This document shows, one piece after another, positions 51,299 through 64,000 of a stretch of DNA of 64,000 nucleotides. Source of the DNA: Podarcis gaigeae (taxonomy: Eukaryota); the NCBI GenBank assembly GCA_964106915.2, contig OZ066916.1. The stretch is one strand, 5' to 3'. The first letter of the stretch is position 1; each line of letters opens with the position of its first letter. The notes beneath the pieces were generated by a model. It searched no databases. It worked only from the letters and a program-made list of their open reading frames with translations, and had not been told where the DNA came from. The position numbers were made by a program, and so were the translations under genes.

Positions 51299-51916
51299 TA
51301 TAAAGTCCTATTAGACACAATGAAACTTGTCCCTGAGAAAGTATGCATAGGGGATTCACACCCAAGCAGGATTTTTTTTTTAACTGACCTTTAATTTATA
51401 TTTGAAGGGGGACCACTTGTACCTTTCTAAAATAAAGAAGTTCAGAGATAACGGTATGTGTCAGAAATTTGAGCCAATGTAAGATGAGAAGGAAGCAGTA
51501 AGGAAAGTCAAAAGAAAACAAGATGGGGAGAGTACAGTTTAAACACAGGGGTCAGGCAAGGGTATAAAGCAGTCATGTGAAAATGACAATGACACAAAAC
51601 CAATAACCAAAGAAAAGAGAGAGAGAGGGACGGAGGCAAAGCTGCATTTATATTTCAGAGTACCTGAGCTCCGAGAGAAGCAGAGAAAAATGGATAAATA
51701 AATAATAAATTCCCGCTCTACAAAGGTATCCCGAGGAATTGCCTGTATTCTAAAGGAGACTATTTCATACTAGCACAGGAGGATTTATCTAGGCCACTAA
51801 ATGGTCTGTGCTAAAAAAAGGTGCTGTTAATTTATTTAGGTTGTTCCAACGCAGAAACATGCAGTATTTGTGTGACCCGCCAAGCTTAACACAGCCAAGC
51901 AGCCATGTATTGTGCC

Positions 51917-52060
51917 CAGTGCTATTTTTCTAGAAAAAAAAGAGGTGCCGGAACTCACCATGAACGCCTCCCTTGTTCTCTTATCATGACAAAGACACTC
52001 ACCTGAGAAGTGCCGGAAGTGGGTTCCGGCAAGTTCCGGCTGGGGAAAAAAAAAGCCTTG
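51917..52060. mobile_element. Short hAT-like MITE
   Basis: CAGTGCTATTTTT...AAAAAAAGCCTTG termini; homologous to 11930-12050. Confidence 0.7.
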
Positions 52061-52203
52061 ATCATGTCCTATCAGGGCCGAGAACCCCTGTGAGGAATGG
52101 TTACAACATCTGAGGCTTTTTATTTTAGAAAAAAGAGAAGTCCCTCACCCTCACATGAAACTAAAATTGGGGGCCATCCAGGGAAGCCAAATGTTTAAGA
52201 TTA

Positions 52204-52519
52204 AAAGTAAAGGGACCCCTGACCATTAGGTCCAGTTGTGGATGACTCTGGGGTTGCGGCGCTCATCTTGCTTTATTGGCTGTGGCAGCCAGTGTACAGC
52301 TTCTGGGTCATGTGGCCAGCATGACTAAGCCACTTCTGGAGAAACCAGAGCAGCGCACGGAAACGCTGTTTACCTTCCCACCGGAGCGGTATCTATTTAT
52401 CTACTTGCACTTTGACGTGCTTTCGAACTGCTAGGTTGGCAGGAGCAGGGACCGAGCAACAGGATCTCACCCCGTCACGGGGATTCGAACTGCCGACCTT
52501 CCGATTGGCAAGCCCTAGA
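52204..52519 (-). mobile_element. Sauria SINE, 5'-truncated, inserted into a CR1-like fragment
   Basis: GTAAAGGGACCCCTGACCATTAGGTCCAG...GGGATTCGAAC body. Confidence 0.92.
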
Positions 52520-52930
52520 TAGTCAAAAAGCTATTCTTCACATAGAGCAAAGTTAAACTGTGGAATTTTATCCCATAAGATGGATAGTTAAACTGTGGAA
52601 GTTATTGGTAGTTAACTATGGAAATTGCTCCCACATGATTGCACAAGATAGTGTGATGGCCACCAACTTGGAAAGCTTTAAAGGAGAATTAGATTCATTT
52701 TAGAATGAGGTTGTCAGTGGTCTTTAGCTACAATGGCTGTGTTCTTTCCCCTCTGTTGGAGGTAGCATCCCTCTGCATACCAGTTGCTAGCAATCACAAG
52801 TTGCGAGAGCACTGTTACATCCAGATCTCATTTGCCAACTTTCCATAGGCATCTGGTTGGCTATTGTGAGAGCAGAACACAAGACTAAATGGTCCTTCAG
52901 CCTGATCAAGCAGAGCTCTTCTTGTGGTCT
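52520..52930 (+). mobile_element. CR1-like LINE 3' fragment (continues from about 52150)
   Basis: TTCTTCACATAGAG...GTTAAACTGTGGAA (locally triplicated) and GTGATGGCCACCAACTTGGAAAGCTTTAAAGGAGAATTAGA. Confidence 0.65.
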
Positions 52931-55539
52931 TGTGATAAAACCTGTGTTTTTGCTTTCTGCCTTGGACTGCAAAAATTGGTTTGGTGGGTGGGCTGTTGCA
53001 ATCCAAGAAAACATCTAGGGTGCAAATTCAGATAATGATGGGCACATTTTAAATCGTCGGGAGAAGTAGCTTGTTCAGCAACGTATTTTTTCAGTGGAAT
53101 GCATGTTTAGAATTGAAATTGGAAGTCCACAATTCAGAGTTAAAATCCTATTAATTCCAGCAATACTTTAAGCATTCCTAACTTTCTTTATCTGCACTTA
53201 GCTTCATCACATCTTTCCTCTCTCCTGTTCCCTGACCCATGTTATTCTAACTCACTGCAAATTTTCTGACTATTCCTCTTCCATAACTTGATTTATGTGA
53301 CACCCACATGATAAGAAGTTGAAAACCCTCTTACAGATTAATTTAATTTGTTACAAATTATGTTGCATTGTCGAGAAATTTCAGGTCCTATTGATTTCTT
53401 TGGGTTTAATTTTTCATGTGTTCTTAAATGAATGCACACCCCAATCAGGAATTTAGAATAAAGCAGAAAGTTTCCTGTTTTCTTCTAAGTCTAACTCTAT
53501 GGTGTCAGGTATTGGCTGTTGTTGGGATGCAGAATATGGGGCCAGATGGCCCATTGGTCTGACCTACAGATATAGTTGCAGTAGCATAGTCCTTTGAAAT
53601 CTCTAATTCTTCCAGATATTTTCCATCTATTTTCTTTTATTACCTGTAAAATGTTCTCCCCCCCCCCCCACGCCTTGGTTCTTGTCATTCTGCCACGGTA
53701 TGACTCTCTATTGGCTTAATGCAAATCATATTCTTACTAGAACTAGACACTTATCGTGTTGAAATCAGAACAAATACTTGAAGGTTAAAACTGTGATTTA
53801 TGGGGTAAGCAGAGGGAGATATGTGTCTGTGTGGGAATTTAACTGAAGGAACCACTGCATTTTCAGCTGTTGGGAGTTTGAACAAAAACATATGCCAAAA
53901 TTTCAGCTCCCCAAAAGTCTTCTCTTAATTAGAGTTGAGTTTACACAGAACAACAATTACATTGATCCAATTACCATCTGCAACATGCTTCAATGTGAGG
54001 CACAAGGCTGAAGGAGAACTGAAGTCTATTTGCATCTAAAGTACAATTGTCATAAATCAATCCTACATTCTGCTTTTAAAGGAAGAAAAGTGAATATGAG
54101 GATGCTGCGGAATGATGTGTGACATCATTCACAATAACAAGTACTCTATCTGTGTCAAGAATTCTAAAGCCTTTTCATGTTCCTAATTAAGGAACCCTCT
54201 TTTTTTGACAGTGGGAGATGCTAATTGGCAGTTTAAAAAAAAAAGGGGGGGGAAATGATGCTCTGTAGAAATTTGGTGTTGCAAACAGCTTGCTTTACTA
54301 ACCTGCCAGCATCTGAAATGTATAAATAAGAAGCACAATCCTGAAAACTTGTTATCTGGTCTGTTTGTAGTTTTCCCCAAACAGATTTGTGGATTATTGC
54401 ATGTGGATATCAGGGTACTACGTTGCTTTACTAAATTCTGTAAGGAATTTCCTGTTGGTTGCGGTGAGGGGAAAAGGTGAGATTAATCTCAAAGCCTTGT
54501 TAAGATACGTTGGATGTGAAAATTAGATTAAGAGATTGTGAAGGGTGTGGATTTATACTGGAAGCCTGTCGTTGGTTGTCATTTTATGTTTTTGGTTCAT
54601 AAGAGTCATTTGAAGTTCACATACTGCAGTGGACATTTTGTAGGCTGATTTCAGCAAGCAAACTCATGCATTTGATTTCTGGGCAATGGCAGCTGGTGTA
54701 AACAGTAAATGCCTGCTTCTGCTGAGTAGTAATGGACAGGTAAGGAAGCCAGGTGCTTTTACCGGTGACTGCCTGGTTGGAGGCAAGGAGGAGCCTTCAC
54801 AGCACTGTGGAGGTGTGTTGTTGAATAAACAGAGTGTCCCGTGCAGGTGTGGGATAATGACACTCGTGATTCACCATCAGTGTCCCTGTCTATGCACCTC
54901 TTCTTCCGTGCCTCCACTGTCTCCAGTCAGATGTTTGCCAACAATGGACTGTATCTCAGTGCTTATAGAATTACTTTGTATACGGAAGGACTCAGCTTCC
55001 ATCCCTGGTGTCTCCAACTAGGGCTGAGGCAGACACCCTGTCTTAAACCCTGGAGAACCCCTGCCAGCCAATATAAAACAATATTGAGCTAGAATCAGGG
55101 ATGAGGAACCTGTTGCCCTCCAGGTGTTGCTGGGGACTGCAACTCTCATTATTCCTGACCATTGTCCATGGGGGCTGGTGCTGGTGCTGATGGGGTTTTT
55201 GAGCCGAACAACATATAGGGGGCCATATTTCCCCCAGTGCTGAGCTAGCTCAGGGTTTCCCAAACCTGGGTATTCAGCTGTTTTTGGATTATAGTTCCCA
55301 TCAGGAGTGAGTCTGTGAGCAACAGCATGGGAGAAGTATTTCTAGGACTAAGGTGAAACTCTGAAACTCTACTGTTATTTCTGCTGTTAGGTATTGCCTG
55401 CTGTTTATGGAATCTTGTTATATTTATAGTTTTGAAATGTGCTTTTTATGTTATTATGTTACTGTTTTGCTGTGTTATTTTTTTAACTGTTTATTTGAAA
55501 TGTACCCCTGTTCTCTTTGAGTATTTTTGTGTGTGTGGA

Positions 55540-55671
55540 NNNNNNNNNNNNNNNNNNNNNNNNNNNNNNNNNNNNNNNNNNNNNNNNNNNNNNNNNNNNN
55601 NNNNNNNNNNNNNNNNNNNNNNNNNNNNNNNNNNNNNNNNNNNNNNNNNNNNNNNNNNNNNNNNNNNNNNN
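55540..55671. other. Assembly gap (132 N)
   Basis: Run of N between TG-rich and TC-rich flanks, probably an unresolved microsatellite. Confidence 0.99.
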
Positions 55672-56435
55672 TTCTCTCTTGGTCGCTGCTCAGCATTCAG
55701 TGATCTGCTGTGTCGTAGCCTCTTTTCAACAACCAAGAAAGTGAAGCCATTGTTCTGGAAGGGACTTGTTCCTGCTCTTATTTTTGTTTGTTTGTAGGAT
55801 CTCAAATGGCAGTTGTTACAAGCAGCAGTTTCTTTGAGTCCCATTGTCCTTTGCGTCACCAAACAGCCTCAGTGTCAAAATGGATGAACTAACTGAAAAG
55901 TAACCATTAAGCCCAGGATGGGTCAAAAAGGAGTGAAGCCAAAAATATATTTAATAGTAATGCCAGCAGCTAGCCAGCCAAGACAGTAGCAGCTTTAAGA
56001 CTGGGTGGGACATGATATGACCCCTCAGGCTGCAGAGACTATTTTACATGCCTGAATACAGCCCTACAACAAATGCAATAAGCATTCGATGAAAGGGAAC
56101 CCGGTAAATATCTTATTGTGCTTCCCTTTTGTAGTCCAAATGCAAAATATCATAAGGATGTAGCATAGTGTAAATTTACCCATTACCTTAAAGGGGAAAA
56201 AACCCCTGTAATTACCACTAATGCATGTGGGACCAACACCCAGAACTCAATGGATTTTGTTTCTTCCATTCCTTTCTTTCAAGATGGCTGTGCTCTGCCT
56301 CCTTGGCAGTAATGCTTCTGAATACTAGTTGCTGGAAACCACAGGAGGGGAGAGGGGTCTTGGGTTCGGGTCCCGCTTGCAAGTTTCCCACAGGTTTCTG
56401 GTGAGAATAGGATGCTGAAGTAGATGGACTCTGCT

Positions 56436-56824
56436 CAGACCCTCCAACTGTCCCTATTTTCCAGGATTTTCCAGGATTTACAGAAGCCCAGTCTCTGATT
56501 TGATCCCAGAATGTCTTTCCCCCCCTTAGGACGTCCCTATTTTCATTGGAGAAATGTTGGTGGGTATGGAGTTATCTGCTCCCTGAGCCATCTGAAGGCA
56601 GCCCTGTATAGGGAAGTTTTAAAATGTTTAATGTTTTATTATGTTTTTATATATGTTGGAATCTGCCCAGAGTGGCTTGAGCCACTCAGTTAGATGGGCA
56701 GGCAATAATAATAATAATAATAATAGTAGTAGTAGTAGTAGTAGTAGTAGCAGCGGTAGTAGTAGTAATGATGATGATGGAATAGGACATCCCTATTTTC
56801 ATTTGAGAAATGTTGGAAAGTATG
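56436..56824. mobile_element. hAT-like composite element containing an L2-like 3' end and an (AAT)n(AGT)n repeat
   Basis: CAGACCCTCCAAC start; the GTTGG..GGTATG-type end is present twice (56568 and 56824); TCCCTATTTT subterminal repeats. Confidence 0.55.
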
Positions 56825-59800
56825 TCTTAGGTTCTTTTCCTCTTTTTTATCATGTTGAATACCACTAAAGGGGAGAGCTGCTCGTCAGTGGTGGACCTCA
56901 TGAAAGGTCTCAGGTTCAATTCCTGACCTCTTCTGTTAGGGCTGTAAGGACCCTACTCTGAAACCATGAGGCTTCATTGTCAGTTGATGTAGATAAGGGA
57001 TAGGGAGGTTTTTCCCCCTCTGAGGACTGGACTGTAGTCCCTTCTGGTCAACCTTTCAGTGGAAACATACCACTAGTGGGCAGCACCAGAGGCAAAAGCG
57101 AGTGGAGTGACGAATGTAAATTTTACCTTTGTGCTGTAGGCTAGCTTCTACACAAACTTAGGCAGTTCTTTCTATCCTCCAGGCAGCCAAGAGGCTTTAT
57201 TAGAGATCAGTGGCACATTCCAGCCAACATTTAAGGGGGGGGGGTAGGTGTGACCACGTGAGAGGCTACATTTGACCTCCTGGTTCTCCACCTGATGTTC
57301 TCCACCTCTTATGTAGACAGTACTCAGCTAGGAGGACTGTTGTCCTACCCATTTGTATGAGGCAGATTGCTGTGACCTGAGAGCACCTTTCATTCTGCAG
57401 CGTAGTCTTCTGCCTTCTGAGTGCTAGAGTACTCCACACGGGCCTCCAAAGAAAACAGCGACTGCTGTTTCAAGTCCGCATTTAGAGCGAAGAAAGTAAA
57501 TGCTCTTGGCTTGCAATGTGCTAAACAGATGATGGGTATCAGATGGTAAGACAAGGTGAGCAGCAAAGATATGGCAAAGCACAGTGGCCTGTAAAGCAGA
57601 GCAAAGCTACAGAAATTGTAACAACCATATGGTGGTTATAATCAGGACATGTGCAAAGCAGGAAAAGGTTTCGCACCAGGAGGTGTTATGGGGCCAGGAA
57701 GAGACAGAGTCAAAAAGAGCGAAGAGGTATGCCTTGGTGCTGAAGGTAAAACAAACAGCATTAGCGTTTTATGTTTCTAGTCGCAAAGACCTGGTGTTTA
57801 CCATATGCCTTGTGCCAAAAATGTAGATTTACACAGGCTGGGTGGAAGCGCTTTGAATTTATCACCCAGTTTCACCTTCTTTTCATTTAATCTTTGTCAG
57901 TGCCAAGCGTTTGTGTGTGTGTGTTTAACCAGAATGAAAAGACTCCTTTTTATTTCAGAAAACATAAAGAGCATGGATGTGAGATAGTGTTTCATCTCAC
58001 TTTCATATGTGGCTCTCCAGGCACTTGGATACCAAGTAATAACTGAGGAGTGAAAATATAGAGCATTATAATGGACAGGAAGAAATAATGTTGACTGCAT
58101 GTTCTCTTTGACAAAGGATTTACAAGATGTTTGAGTTGATTCTCTGTATGCTATCTGCACCTTGGTTTCTACAGAGAGATCACCTTTTGCCCTCTGTTCC
58201 ATTACCAACTGGAGTTGTGATATACTGACATTAGTGATTTTTTGGACCTTATTGAACCCATGTGCAAAATTTCACCAGTATACCTTTGAATGCCAGTTGT
58301 TGGGGATTATGATTGGAGAGAGGGCTATTGTGCTCAGAACCTGCTTTTGGGCTTCCCATAGGCATCTGGTTGGCCACTGTGAGAACACAATGCTGGATAA
58401 GATGTGCCTTTGATCTGATCTAGAAGGGCTCTTCTTACATTCCTAAGGTGGATGTTACTGTAAATGTGTGGTTGCCATCAGATAAAGCAGGAACACATTT
58501 TGTAACTAGTTCCTTCCTTCCACCACGTAGCATCTCTGGTCCATTTAGGGAGGCAGCTGCAGAACTCCCTCCAGTGTTTTGATTAAGCCCAATCTCAAGT
58601 ATCTTCTGTCAGTGATGCAACACCTTCTTTGCAAGTATTCAGTAGTCGGGGGTAAGCTTGTGGGGTGTGTGTGTGTTTGTGTTTCCTTTTAAAATCACAG
58701 CTGCTTCATTATTTGGAAGCCGATTCTCCTCACATTAATAGAGTTTTACATTTTTATTGTGGATAAAGCATTAAAGAAAATCCCACTATTTGCACATCTG
58801 CAGATCTGAAAAATGTAGTGTAACCCATGACTATGAGATAATGTCGGTATCAGAGTGGCTAGAAATAATTGTTTTTGCCACAGTTAAAAGCTACCAAGCT
58901 GGGACTGAGGGCAGCAAGGCCTGACTCTAGACGTGAAGGGTACCTTCTGTAGAATGCGTCCTGAGCACTGTGGCTTTAGCTGGAAGATGCAGAGTTCAGC
59001 AAGCACAAGGGATCGCCCTGTTAGTCATGTAAAGGCAGGAGTCTTAGTACTTCTAGCAAAGGGAAGTTATTTCATCATTTTTGTTGGGTGGAGCCAAAGG
59101 CAAATAGGCAGAGCAACAAATGTGAATGTTGCTTTTGTACAGCAGGCTAGTCTTTTTACACTCACGCCTCTATCCTCTGTGTAGAAAATATGGATGCCTG
59201 GAAGCCTACATTTAGCCCTCAAGCAGAAGCTTTTCATCTCTGATCTAGAGGTTCAGATTGTGTATCCACTTTCACTAGCTTCATCCTACTTTTTCAATTC
59301 AAGATCCACAGAGTTCCCAACTCGTATTATTATGATAGGAGTTTTCTTCTGTCATAACACTGAAACCGTATACTTGAATAAAAGTGTTGTGGATACGGTT
59401 ACAGATTGGGGATAGAGCACACACGTTATAGAGATCCGATTTTTAAATATTAGTTTTAATAAATCTGTGTGGCATGTGGCTAGAGTATTGACGAATCTGC
59501 TGAGGAGGCCAAATCAATAGCTATAAAGGGGACATGAATCACTGTTTCATTCAGTAAGTCAGCTAGTGGATTTTTTTAAAGAGTGATTATTTGTACAGGT
59601 ACTTGGATAAAAATTTGGAGAAACTTGGAGCCCTGAAATATGACCGGGTAGCTTTTGTTATCTGTATCACCCTGATGAGTGCTAAGGACTTTGCCACATA
59701 TCAGATGCAGAGATGTGGTTGAATGCGTGTTAAAACAGTTGCCTGTATGGCTTCTGTTTCTATTAAACTTTACATTTACTAAGTTATTACAGGTATGGCA

Positions 59801-60908
59801 TAATTCCCTTTATCCCCAAGGTTCAGAGGGTACAAGGGAGAGGTATCTCCAAAGATCTGCAGAAATAAAACAAGCAAACAAAAACTTTAGGGGGGGAACC
59901 CTAATGCAGAGGAGGGAACACTCCCAAAACATCCCCAGTGCTCAGTGCTCATAGAATTTTGACTTACTGTTGGGAGAAGGATGGAAAACTAGCAAGAGGG
60001 ATGGGAATGGAGTGTTTGTTAGAAGGGTATGGCTGATTCAATAGAACACTGAGCAAGAGTACTACAACATTTTGTGGTACTTCTGTTAATGATCCATTTA
60101 CATGGAACTCAAGGTGGCATAAAGAGATTCCTGTCCAAATACTGATCAGACCCAAACTTGTTTATCTTGGCAAAGCCGCAATACTATGTGCCTTCAATCC
60201 ATAGACTTAGGGGACTTACAGCAACTATGAAATATTTGGAGCATTGTGTCTGGAATTGTGTCAGCAGAGTTGCATGTTACACAGAGGTTGCACTCTGAAT
60301 CCAGCGGGTAAGGTGAAAATCGCCTATAGTTGAAATTGCCACACATCGCCCATAAAGTACAGTCTGCTTCCAAACGGCCTGTAGTTGGGCTCTCACTCTC
60401 CTGTTTCTGTCTGGTGCTGTTGCTTGATTGTGTGGTGGCTGTGCCACACGCTTTTCTTGCCTCGGTCTCAGTGCCTTCCTGAGGCCAGAAAGCAGGAGCT
60501 GGATGAAACAGTGGAGAAGGAGGAGGAGGACGACAACAACAGAGAAGGCTTTCCCACCTTCTCCTCCGGACAATGGGGCCATGGTAAGCACTGGCTGGCA
60601 AGTGGCCTTCCTCATCTCTCCACTGCATGTGTGAGCCTAGAAGGCTCCACCCCAACTGGTGGAAAGCACTTTCCCCCAAGGGGGAAGAATCTAGAAAAGG
60701 GTAGAAAACAAGGGAGGAGGCAGGCAAAGGTGGGAAAATCCTGGCGAGGCAGCGGGAAATATCTGGAATGGATTCTGAAACTGGCGGGTGGGATCTTAGT
60801 AGAAGGAAGGAACTTTTGCAGAAGCTGCAGTGGCAGATGTCCTGTGGTGGAGTGCTTTCAGAAGGGGGGAGTGTGGCTGGGGACACCCAGCCACATGGCT
60901 GGGATAAA

Positions 60909-60921
60909 AGTAGTAGTAGTA

Positions 60922-60959
<38 letters not shown>

Positions 60960-60967
60960 TAATAATT
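60909..60967. repeat. Compound (AGT)n(AAT)n microsatellite
   Basis: Direct observation. Confidence 0.97.
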
Positions 60968-62493
60968 AGTGTGTTTAGTTGAATTCATGTATGCTAGATG
61001 CACTCATGATGTGACTGCACTGTACACACGACCACATCCCAAAGGTATGTTTATGTCAGCTTAGAGACTTTGCAAACCGCAGCAAGCCTTGACAGAGGCA
61101 AAAGCACTAGGTATGTGATGAGAGACACCCTTAGAGGAGGGAAAAGCCGCCACCAATGTGTTAATAATGGCAAATTCCTTCACTGGTTATGGCAGCAGAG
61201 TGCAAAGTCCCATTCATAATTATTTTGCAAGGGAAAGAAACAAAAATATCAAAAACGAGCGGTGGGGGGGAAGGTTATCTGGGATCAAGTGGTTCGATTG
61301 CTATGACTATTTTTAAATGAAGCCCACACTGCTGGTGTTTATGTTCATTCTTTCCACACTTGTTTGCAGCTGTTAGTTGACTATGGCTCGGTACCAGCAA
61401 CAAAATGTTCACTGAGTGGTTTTGTACTCATTCTCTATATTACAAATCACTGCCTCCTCGCAAGCTAATCAGTGCTCTTGATTCCCAAACATTCTGAAGC
61501 ACTCTTATTTTGCTAACACTGTTGTCTCATATTGCATGGGGGTGGGGGGTGAGGGAAGACTGAGAATTCAACATTGATTGGCTGGTGGAGACAATAATGT
61601 TTTTCCTTCTAAATCCTGATAAATCTTCTGTGAAGGAAATTTCCAACAGATGTTTCCCCCCCCTTTCTTTTAGACGGGTTTTATGGACAGTGCTTGTTGC
61701 AAAAAAAGGAAATTAGCGGCCTATATTTGGCTTTGGCTGTTTTAATTTTAAATTGTTCATAGCTGCTTTTCTACATCTAAATGAACGCTAACTCCCAGCT
61801 CAATGATATTTTAACATAAAACGATAAGTCAGTAATGCACCTCCTCAAAATACTAATTTAGATGTGCATCTGTAAAAAAAATAAAAAATAAAAAAATCTA
61901 TTGGCTGGTTTGAGTTCCAATACAATCAGGTTTCCGCATGCCAATAAATTGGGGGGGGGGGGGGCATCAGAGATTGCATGCGGAAGAGTTTCTGCAGCCA
62001 AACAATTGAATTAGGTCAACTGTTTTTCAAATAATGTGAATTGGTGTATGATGCATACCTGAATGCTTCCACAGACACAGATTTAAGTTATATTATTTGA
62101 TAACAAAACATACACGCATTTTAAAATTTATTTATTTTACTTCATTGTCGCATTCTGTTTACATTTCTTCCCATATTGTAATATATTTCCCTGATCTGTT
62201 AATATATGTTGATATACCTAGATGCGGGTTCCCCCTTTTCCCCCTTTAGGTGCTGCCATGCCCAAAACTGTAATCCATTTTACCTGCTTACCAAACACTT
62301 GCCTGAGAAATAGGTTTCATATTACTTTGGCATTTCTTGCTAACCACCACTGTCTCGCCGTTTCCTTCATGTTTCCAGTTATGTTTGGAAGTTGTAATAT
62401 TCTCCAGGAAAAGAATCATGGGTCATAGTTGTGGTTATTTGTTATGAAATGAATTGGTTCTGAATGGGCATATATCCCACTCTCTCATGCACA

Positions 62494-62528
<35 letters not shown>

Positions 62529-62599
62529 TTTTTAAAGTTTTAATGCAGTGTCTGTGAATCTGTCCCCCTGTTCATACGTTCCCCCCTTACTGGGGGATT

Positions 62600-62762
62600 C
62601 TTTCACAGAGTCAGGCTGTTGGTCCATCTAGCACAGTATCGCACACTCTGGCTGGCAGCAGCTCTCTGGAGTCTTCCTCAGCCCTGTCTGCAGATACCAG
62701 AGACTGAATGGGAGACCCTTTCCATGAGGAGTATATGCTCTGCCCCTGAGCTTATAGCCCCT
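62600..62762 (-). mobile_element. Old tRNA-derived SINE-like repeat
   Basis: Minus strand reads GGGGCTATAAGCTCAGGGGCAGAGCAT (A box) and ends CTAGATGGACCAA; relatives near 54950-55095, 56870-56995 and 63395-63560. Confidence 0.55.
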
Positions 62763-63562
62763 CTCAAGTAACAGCTTTACATAAGCTTTAGCTGTTACTG
62801 TTACTGTGACTGGGAAGGGGGAAAGGAGTTTCAGACAAGGGCTAATCAAACAAGCTCAACATATTCATTTATTGTGCAGAAGCTCTCTGGAACACCGGAA
62901 ACCAACCAAAATATTTTCTGAGGGCAGTTAACTTGGGCCATTATGCAGTCTATTAAATTGTCCTCAGCAGGTACGATAATAAAAGCATTAAACAGATGCA
63001 AATTTCAAGATGCATAATAAAAAGTCTTATAACCCCTCTTGGACTTTAAATTAGCTATTGCGTTGCTGTTGCTTGAAGTGCTAATAGCTTATTATTTATG
63101 TCCATTAATATGACCCAACCTTCCTCTTTTTCCCATTCAAGCATTAGCTTTTAAACTGAGATGAATCCAGTTATCAAGAGTATTGCCTGTTTTATTCTGA
63201 TGGTTCAATGTAGAGTTTTTGGGGAGAATGGTCAGGAGTTGCTTGGTTAGCATTGAAGCCTAACTTCAGCCGAGTTGAAACAAACAATTCAGTATCTCCT
63301 TCTGGAGGGGCATAGCAGGTGGCCTTTTGCCTCTGCAGTCCATTTCCAATGGCAATATTTGGAATTTAGGATGGTTTGACGCTCTGATATGATGATAATG
63401 GGTAGATCACATGCTAAAGGTTTAAATCCTAGACGTCATTTAAAAGGCTCAAGTAGCAGGTGACATGAAAGACCTCTGCCTGAAACCTTGGAAAGATGTT
63501 ACTGCCAGTGCCCATGAAAGTAAACAATATTGAGTTAGGTGGGCAAATACTCCGATCTGGTA

Positions 63563-63784
63563 CAGTGGTACCTCAGGTTACATACGCTTCAGGTTACATA
63601 CGCTTCAGGTTACAGACTCCGCTAACCCAGAAATAGTGCTTCAGGTTAAGAACTTTGCTTCAGGATGAGAACAGAAATTGTGCTCCGGCGGCGCAGCAGC
63701 AGCAGGAGGCCCCATTAGCTAAAGTGGTGCTTCAGGTTAAGAACAGTTTCAGGTTAAGTACGGACCTCCGGAACGAAATAAGTA
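63563..63784. mobile_element. Tc1/mariner MITE, copy 7, interrupted near its right end
   Basis: Left TIR with TA; the body stops at ...GAACGAAATAAGTA. Confidence 0.9.
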
Positions 63785-64000
63785 CCGTATTTTTCGTTGT
63801 ATAAGACGCACCAGACCACAAGACGCACCTAGTTTTTGGAGGAGGAAAACAAGAAAAAAGAATATTATGAATCTCAGAAGCCAGAACAGCAAGAGGGATC
63901 ACTGCGCAGTGAAAGCAGCGATCCCTCTTGTTGTTCTGGCTTCTGGGATAGCTGTGCAGCCTGCATTCGCTCCATAAGACGCACACACATTTCCCCTTAA
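63785..64000. mobile_element. Tc2/pogo-like MITE nested in copy 7 (runs off the window)
   Basis: TA|CCGTATTTTTCGTTGTATAAGACGC..., same terminal type as 10444-10787. Confidence 0.85.

Noticed and set aside
55432-55862. ORFs spanning the N run
   Set aside because: Artefacts of translating through the assembly gap.
60194-60969. 194-aa and 230-aa ORFs on opposite strands
   Set aside because: Purine-skewed, low-complexity DNA ending in a trinucleotide repeat; only a possible short exon is retained as a finding.
7604-63784. CRISPR-like or other regularly spaced repeat array
   Set aside because: The repeats are dispersed transposon copies with TIRs and TSDs in a vertebrate genome; there is no repeat-spacer periodicity.

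Overview
This is a vertebrate, not prokaryotic, window. The repeats point to a squamate, most likely a lacertid lizard: four Sauria-type SINEs with (ACCTTT)n tails, a BovB/RTE LINE 3' end, tRNA-Lys/CR1-tail SINEs and many TA-flanked Tc1/mariner and 8-bp-TSD hAT MITEs. The sequence is AT-rich and CpG-poor, with one assembly gap (55540-55671). I could not recognise any intact protein-coding exon or RNA gene. The only ORF-track entries with recognisable protein content are decayed retrotransposon reverse-transcriptase fragments (about 3.7-5.2 kb, 49.6-50.3 kb and 50.6-51.3 kb). The window looks like a large intron or gene-poor regulatory region. Most worth following up: (1) a correctly spaced CACCC-CCAAT-GC-TATA promoter at 25451-25514; (2) a 14-nt microexon-like element at 18195-18208; (3) an unexplained, CpG-richer foreign-looking segment at about 12.2-13.8 kb, possibly a decayed viral or retroelement insertion, identity unresolved; (4) a solo LTR with a perfect 6-bp TSD at 8320-8653; (5) two inverted MITE copies 7.6 kb apart that share private variants. 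I found no well-supported novel biological system. All family names are recognition from memory and no database search was run.
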